In this document: positions 58,266 through 64,000 of the stretch, piece after piece
Numbering within the stretch: the first letter of the stretch is position 1
How the letters are laid out: every line of letters begins with the position of its first letter
Source: Ignavibacteriota bacterium
Lineage (GTDB): Bacteria; Bacteroidota; Ignavibacteria; UBA10030; UBA6906
Length of the DNA: 64,000 nt
Direction of reading: 5' to 3'
Assembly: GCA_963801355.1 (NCBI GenBank)
Contig: CAWDEM010000008.1
Location: 768,001-832,000 of the forward strand
Notes under the pieces: generated by a model
Database searches by the model: none
The model's input: only the letters and a program-made list of their open reading frames with translations
What the model was told of the DNA's origin: nothing
Made by a program: the position numbers and the translations under genes

Positions 58266-61103
58266 CTAATCCCCCCCATCATCGAAGTGTAAGTCTGCAT
58301 CCTGCAACTTCATCTCAAGGTCATTCGGGTCAAAAGATACATCCCAGTTCCATTTGCCAAAACCACCGTGTTGATTGACAGCCTTGCACCACTCATTCAA
58401 GAAGACTCGCTTCGTTTTGTCTTGCTGCTTGTCCTGTCCCTTGGTTTCAAGAATGAGATAATCACCTGTTTTGCGCCTAATTATGAAGTCAGGATAGTAC
58501 TTCCGAACTACACCGTCATGGCTATAGTGGATGGCAAAACCGATGTGGTCGTTCTTCACAAATGAGTCAACTACCACGCTATCATTGATGGTTTTTGCTT
58601 CGAGATACTCCCAATCACTGTCCACTACAACAAAATTGATATGCGTCTTTGGAAGTGGAGCATTGCGCTTGCTCGTCCACCACGGTCGCAGGTCGTTGGT
58701 CGAGCGAATGGGATGCTCCTTGTCAAACACTGGAGTAAGTTCGGCCGTATTCTCGGCACGAATTTCATTCCAGATATGTTGAATCACTTTGTTCATGTTC
58801 AGCATAATCAGTATGCGCCTGCGGGCATCATCTTCATTGAATAGAGGGTTCTTTATCCTAATCCTGTCGGAGTAGATGAACTGCTCTATCACACCTATAA
58901 GTTGAATTAGAAATGCTTCTTTGCTCCCCTTCCAATCAGGTTTCCTTTCAGAATTGTAGATCGTTGACGCAATCCTAAACACGATAGACTGCAAACGGAA
59001 CTTGGTGCCAATCTCTTTCAAGTCAATTTCAGTGAGTGCGGCGGGGTTCGGTTTTCCCGCAATGATGGCAGCAAGCTCTGCCTCTGTTATGGCGTCGTAC
59101 GGGTCGAGTTCAAGCTGTCTGACTTTGCCCATATCCAGCGAGAGCTTTGGCTTATAGACATGGTCAATACGCAGGATATTCGGGAAAGAAATCTCATGCG
59201 CAACCTTTTCGCTTACAGGTTCAATCTTTGTTTTCGGTGGTGGCGGTGGTGGTGGAGGCCCACCTTCACCCCCCTCATGAGGAAGGAATGTGAACGGCAC
59301 TCCAAATATGTTTACATATTCTGCCTCAAATAAGCCGTCCTTTCCGACATCATAAGAAGTTCTCCGCAATCCACGGCCAACGACCTGTTCACACAGAAGC
59401 TGACTACTGAACGCCCGTAAACCCATGATGTGCGTAACGGTCTTGGCATCCCACCCCTCACTAAGCATCCCAACTGAGATTATGTTGTGCAGTTGTTCTC
59501 CGAGTTCTCCAATCCTGCCAACGGTATTGACTGTCAAACGAACAATCTCTGCCTGTTGCTTCTTCGTCAACTTCTTTGCCTTAGGAGTCTCAACCTCGTC
59601 TTCGTCGTCGTTTTCTTCCACGGTACTCAGTTCGATTTCCTCTGTTTGAGCTTCCGCCTTTTCCAAGACGCTGCTGTCAATCTGCAATGTTCTTTTCGGG
59701 TCGCACAAGTCTCCTAACCCAGCAACTGCCAGCAGGAAGGCATCTTTGTCGAACGAGTACTTCAATCGTCCTGACGTGGACGTTGTGTTTGCCACCGTAA
59801 TCATCACAGGTGGCACTTCATGACCTACCCTTTCCCACTCATCCTTTGTTGCCTTCCAGTCCTTGCCAAGAAGCAGGTAAGCATTCCTGATTAGGTCGGG
59901 CAGCGGGTCGGTTTCCTCCGCCTTGCGGTTGATGTCGTCCTTGACTGTTTCATCCATGTAGATGTGATAAAGCCGAGAGCGCAAATCCTCGTCTACTCTT
60001 CCATCATCACGAATAACAACACGGGGTGTTTTGACAAGTCCTGATTCTATTGCGTCATTCAGTCCAAAATCGCTCACTATCCACGAGTAGAGGGCTTCCT
60101 CAGAGGCTTTCTTGCCTGATGGCGCAAATGGCGTTGCTGAGAAATCGAAGCATCGGAGAATTCCCCGTGTCCGGTGAATTCTATCCAACCCACCGACCCA
60201 GACGGTGCTCTCTTCGATGTCCTCTTTCTTCACACCTGCAATCTTACTCTCTGCTGGAACTCTCCACGCATGGTGTGCTTCATCGTTTATCACAAGTAGA
60301 TTCGATGCCGAAGACATATCTTCCAATACCTCTCGAACATAGGCCTCGTCGCTTTTGGCACCTCGTTTATCAACACCTTTCTTCTTGGCAATTCTTTCTT
60401 CGCTATCCCAAGCCAAGGCATGCCAGTTAGTGATCCTGATTCTCCCTTGTCGCAGAGTTTCCATCAAACTTGAAGGGACGACGTTGAATGCCTCGTAGAA
60501 GTTTCCCTTGTCATACGGATTCAGTACACACAGACGATTACGAACCGTCAACCCCGGTGCAATCACGAACACATTCTTCGAAAAGCGCTTGTCCCTTGCA
60601 TTGGCGACCTTATTGAGCACCTGCCATGCAATGAGCATACTCATCACAATGGTCTTTCCAGACCCAGTTGCCATTTTGTTACACCAGCGGGAAAAACCTC
60701 CGCCGTCACTTGGGATTACTATTCCCGTCTTTTCGGACTCTGGTGCCTCGGTCAGCCAAATCAGGGTTTCGATTGCTTCCAACTGACAGAAGAAAAACTT
60801 CGTGTCCTTCCGCTGTTCAGGGTCTTGCCAGTGTTGCAGCAACCGTTTGGTTACCCCTGTCACCCCTGCGTAGCCCTCCTCGCGCCAATGCTTGACTCGC
60901 GGACGGATATCATTCACAAGTGGTATCGGAATGAAGACGCCGGGGTCGTCAAATCCTCTGGAATTCTCAGTCGCAATAATGTAACCCGCGGGTCTTCGTT
61001 CTCCTTCGTGAAGGATGAATTCACGAGTCTCCCGAACATACTCCCAATATCTCTGTGGTTCTTCGTACGGCGAATTGATTATGAGCTTGTTTATTGTTTT
61101 CAT
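58266..61103 (-). CDS. res: Type III restriction endonuclease Res subunit (BPTD_3080-like)
   Basis: FFCQLEAIET, MATGSGKT, DEAHH, SAT, EGWD, QVVGRGLR and nuclease YYPDF...ETKG motifs. Confidence 0.94.
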   Translation of the reverse strand: MKTINKLIINSPYEEPQRYWEYVRETREFILHEGERRPAGYIIATENSRGFDDPGVFIPIPLVNDIRPRVKHWREEGYAGVTGVTKRLLQHWQDPEQRKDTKFFFCQLEAIETLIWLTEAPESEKTGIVIPSDGGGFSRWCNKMATGSGKTIVMSMLIAWQVLNKVANARDKRFSKNVFVIAPGLTVRNRLCVLNPYDKGNFYEAFNVVPSSLMETLRQGRIRITNWHALAWDSEERIAKKKGVDKRGAKSDEAYVREVLEDMSSASNLLVINDEAHHAWRVPAESKIAGVKKEDIEESTVWVGGLDRIHRTRGILRCFDFSATPFAPSGKKASEEALYSWIVSDFGLNDAIESGLVKTPRVVIRDDGRVDEDLRSRLYHIYMDETVKDDINRKAEETDPLPDLIRNAYLLLGKDWKATKDEWERVGHEVPPVMITVANTTSTSGRLKYSFDKDAFLLAVAGLGDLCDPKRTLQIDSSVLEKAEAQTEEIELSTVEENDDEDEVETPKAKKLTKKQQAEIVRLTVNTVGRIGELGEQLHNIISVGMLSEGWDAKTVTHIMGLRAFSSQLLCEQVVGRGLRRTSYDVGKDGLFEAEYVNIFGVPFTFLPHEGGEGGPPPPPPPPKTKIEPVSEKVAHEISFPNILRIDHVYKPKLSLDMGKVRQLELDPYDAITEAELAAIIAGKPNPAALTEIDLKEIGTKFRLQSIVFRIASTIYNSERKPDWKGSKEAFLIQLIGVIEQFIYSDRIRIKNPLFNEDDARRRILIMLNMNKVIQHIWNEIRAENTAELTPVFDKEHPIRSTNDLRPWWTSKRNAPLPKTHINFVVVDSDWEYLEAKTINDSVVVDSFVKNDHIGFAIHYSHDGVVRKYYPDFIIRRKTGDYLILETKGQDKQQDKTKRVFLNEWCKAVNQHGGFGKWNWDVSFDPNDLEMKLQDADLHFDDGGD

Positions 61104-61107
61104 GGGG

Positions 61108-63687
61108 TCACATGCGGATGATTTTCAGGCTTTCAATCCCGCGGGCATCAATAATCTTTACGGCGACACGTTTGCCCGGCGTGAACAGCAGCGATTCAGT
61201 GCCGCTGAACGCTTCAATCTTGTCTTCGTCAATTTCCGCTCTTAGGTTCTTTGCAAGTGTAGCCCACCCCTCCTTTACCCCTGCCATCGGGAAGAACACC
61301 TGTGATGGCAATAAACTTCTTCCATCATAATCAGAGTCCAGCATCCACATAGCGATATCGCCCTGCCCACCACTCTCTACCGTACCATTAGTCGGATTGT
61401 AGTAGTCGAAGCCGAGTACCTTTACCCTGTATTTGCCTTTGTCTTCTCCCCGTTTGACTTCTTCCATTCGTACATCGGGCTGGCCGATGAGCCAGAAGCT
61501 TTCGTTGCTGCTTCGCTTCTTTTTCAAGTCATCGGTCTGTAGGTCGGCATTCATCTGTGCCTTTAGAAGTGTTACCCCATGCCAATTCATTTCGTCAATA
61601 TCCTTGGCAGCCTCTTCATCGAATTGGAAGGCACAGAACAACACCATCTGTGGCTTTGGCTTTAGGTGTTCTGCTTCGTCTAAAGCCAACTCGACAGTCC
61701 TTTGTTCCAAAGGCGCATGTTCGGGGCCGAAACAGATTACCACGTGCTGCGGTTGTTGAAATACAGTTGGGTCTGTCTTCTCAAAGAGATTCTTGGAGTC
61801 AAGTTCGACTATAGTCTCTGCCTCTGCCTGCAAGTAGCGTGTGCCCACCATCGGCTCGACTCTGGAAAACCTAATGAGCTTACCACCTTTAGCTCTGACG
61901 CCTGCACGAAACAATTCATCACGCCATTCATTTTGACGTAGGGTCTCTCCGCTTCTCGCAACGGTATTATCGGCTCTACCAGCCGTGCTGCTTTCAACGT
62001 CGTCAAATGACCGCGCGACGGGAGCGGGCACTGCTTCAACTGTGAATGGGCCTGTCACCCTTATTCTCTTGCTGTCTATCAATGGTTTGTCATACAGGAT
62101 TTCTTGAGACGCTGGTTCATTGTTGGCGATGCATTTCATCGTCACGTGAGTTACACTTCTGTACGAGAAACCACTGCTTACTCCTTCGTTCGGGTGCGCC
62201 AATTCAAAATAGTCAAAGTTGTCAGTTATTAGGCTTTGCTTCGCAAGGGCTACGGCTACTCGTGAAGTGTCGCATGTAATCCATCTCCTGCCCCATTTTT
62301 CTGCAACAGATGCCGTTGTGCCGCTTCCACAAGTGATATCTAAGACTAAGTCTCCCGGGTCAGAAGTCATAAGAAGACACCGTTGCACTATCTCCTTGTT
62401 TGTTTGAACGACGTAAACTGGGTTCGCTGCCCCGCCGAAACCTGACCATAAGTTTGTCAGCGCTCGATAGGGAAAATCATCGAAATAGGATATGAACCGA
62501 ATGCTGTTGTCGGTCGCCACAACTCTGTTCGCCTTTAAAACGTTCTGTATTCCGTCTGGAGTTGTTCCCCACCACCTATTTCCAGAGTCGTATTTTCTCC
62601 CCCTATACTCTATCGTGAATTTGGAGCCGGGGCCGGGCTTAGTCATCAAGACCGTCATGAAAGGCTTTGCACCTTTCGGCAAGGGTACAGCTTTGGTGGA
62701 TTCTTGCTCCGTCATTGGCCTCCGTTTCCCGCCACTTTCTTCAATCAAAGTGTAACCAGAGTCATAGGCATCGCTCTTCTTTTCAAATAGTGGTCTGTAC
62801 TTGACGTGTGCCGAATCCTTTGCATACCAAAGAATGTAGTCCAACACACTGCCTACGCGGTTTACAGCCCGTAACCCACCAGCGGCTTTCGAGAAACAAA
62901 CAAGGGACAGGAAATTGTCAGAGCCAAAAACCTCATCCAAGATGTTCTTCACCAGATGAACATTCTCATCACTAATCTGGACGAAAACGCATCCACTTTC
63001 ATGAAGAAGGTCTCTTGCCAATAGTAATCGGTCACGCAGATAACTGAGGTAACTGTGAATGCCCAACTCCCACGTATCCCTGAATGCTTTTATCATTTCA
63101 GGCTCCGCCGTCAAATCCTCATCTTTACCATCCTTCACATCACGCCTGTTTACGAATGGTTGGAAGTTGCTGCCATATTTGATGCCATAAGGTGGATCAC
63201 AATACACCATCTGCACCTTGCCACCCATGGCTTCCTTTTCCAAAAGAGAGTTCATTACCAATAGACTGTCGCCCGCAATTAGGCGATTGCTCCAATTTTC
63301 TTTGTGCCTATAGAACTCAATTGCCTCACGCATAGGCATCCGGTGCGCCTCAAATAGAGAAATCTGTCCTTTGTCGTCTGGTTTTTTGCAGACGGATTCA
63401 ATAATCCGCTTCGGGTCAATCCGCTCGTGAACGTGCAGACTCACCGTGGGCACCTCAAAACTCGTGTGTTCGGCTTTGCCAGCCCATTCCAGTCGCGGGT
63501 CAAGGTGGGGATCATACTGGTATTTCTTCTTTTTCAATCCAACGTTGTCACTATGGGCGTCCACCAATCCGACAGGTGGGTTGTTCAGCCGCTGTTTGTC
63601 CTTATGCTCATAAGCCACGATAGGTTTATGAGAACTCGGTACTTTGGTGCGCGGCATTTTCACTCTGGGAGATTTCTTCTTTGCCAT
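61108..63687 (-). CDS. mod: Type III R-M Mod subunit, N6-adenine DNA methyltransferase
   Basis: NRLIAGDSL, DPPY, VLDITCGSGTT and C-terminal VAVKIID motifs; 4 bp from res. Confidence 0.94.
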   Translation of the reverse strand: MAKKKSPRVKMPRTKVPSSHKPIVAYEHKDKQRLNNPPVGLVDAHSDNVGLKKKKYQYDPHLDPRLEWAGKAEHTSFEVPTVSLHVHERIDPKRIIESVCKKPDDKGQISLFEAHRMPMREAIEFYRHKENWSNRLIAGDSLLVMNSLLEKEAMGGKVQMVYCDPPYGIKYGSNFQPFVNRRDVKDGKDEDLTAEPEMIKAFRDTWELGIHSYLSYLRDRLLLARDLLHESGCVFVQISDENVHLVKNILDEVFGSDNFLSLVCFSKAAGGLRAVNRVGSVLDYILWYAKDSAHVKYRPLFEKKSDAYDSGYTLIEESGGKRRPMTEQESTKAVPLPKGAKPFMTVLMTKPGPGSKFTIEYRGRKYDSGNRWWGTTPDGIQNVLKANRVVATDNSIRFISYFDDFPYRALTNLWSGFGGAANPVYVVQTNKEIVQRCLLMTSDPGDLVLDITCGSGTTASVAEKWGRRWITCDTSRVAVALAKQSLITDNFDYFELAHPNEGVSSGFSYRSVTHVTMKCIANNEPASQEILYDKPLIDSKRIRVTGPFTVEAVPAPVARSFDDVESSTAGRADNTVARSGETLRQNEWRDELFRAGVRAKGGKLIRFSRVEPMVGTRYLQAEAETIVELDSKNLFEKTDPTVFQQPQHVVICFGPEHAPLEQRTVELALDEAEHLKPKPQMVLFCAFQFDEEAAKDIDEMNWHGVTLLKAQMNADLQTDDLKKKRSSNESFWLIGQPDVRMEEVKRGEDKGKYRVKVLGFDYYNPTNGTVESGGQGDIAMWMLDSDYDGRSLLPSQVFFPMAGVKEGWATLAKNLRAEIDEDKIEAFSGTESLLFTPGKRVAVKIIDARGIESLKIIRM

Positions 63688-64000
63688 AGCGGTTCACCCG
63701 TAACAAGTGAGAAGGCGTGTGTGGAGAGGTGAGCAAGACGACAGCGCACGGGTAAGCTTCTGCGAATCCCTCCCCCTGAGTCAAGAAGGACTGTACTGAA
63801 TGAGGATGTACCCCTCAGTCAGATGTTTCGGTCGACTGCTTCACGGAATTCACAGCCAGCCGTGGTGCTAAGTTAGCAGAATCTTGAGGAAAATCAAACC
63901 AGTCACGGATGTTCCTTTTTGCGGCCCATGTACTCCATAGCCTCCTGCACTCTACCCGATTCATTCATCTTGGTTGCCATTTCGAAGAGCATCGCCATGT

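Larger units (their letters stand above)
34200..64000. mobile_element. Genomic island with cassettes, retron, P4-like replication module and type III R-M; right boundary and integrase not in window
   Basis: Gene content, AT-richer blocks, almost uniform minus-strand orientation, adjacency to a tRNA; boundaries approximate. Confidence 0.65.

Noticed and set aside
59236-59260. GGT repeat in res as a phase-variation tract
   Set aside because: In-frame triplets encoding a polyproline linker; no simple-sequence tract seen in mod

Overview
Bacterial chromosome window, probably Ignavibacteria/FCB group: two proteins end in the NYPNPFNPST T9SS sorting domain. 1-25 kb holds ordinary accessory genes (peptidases, transporters, hydrolases) plus one unusual three-gene cluster: membrane Ser/Thr kinase-TPR, a small single-Trp protein, and a class I prenyltransferase-fold enzyme. 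25.4-34.1 kb holds two integrase-less cargo units stacked at the 3' end of tRNA-Arg(CCT). From 34.2 kb to the window end is a mobile/defence island. It contains integron cassettes with one intact attC and several half attC sites, an HTH+HEPN-like pair, and a retron operon (structured RNA, unannotated 43-aa peptide, XRE HTH, RT). It also contains a P4-like primase module with iteron-like repeats, an orphan MTase, and a type III R-M system with an HNH gene. No integrase or CRISPR array was seen. Three single-base frameshifts may be assembly errors. All family calls come from motif recognition by eye, not database searches.
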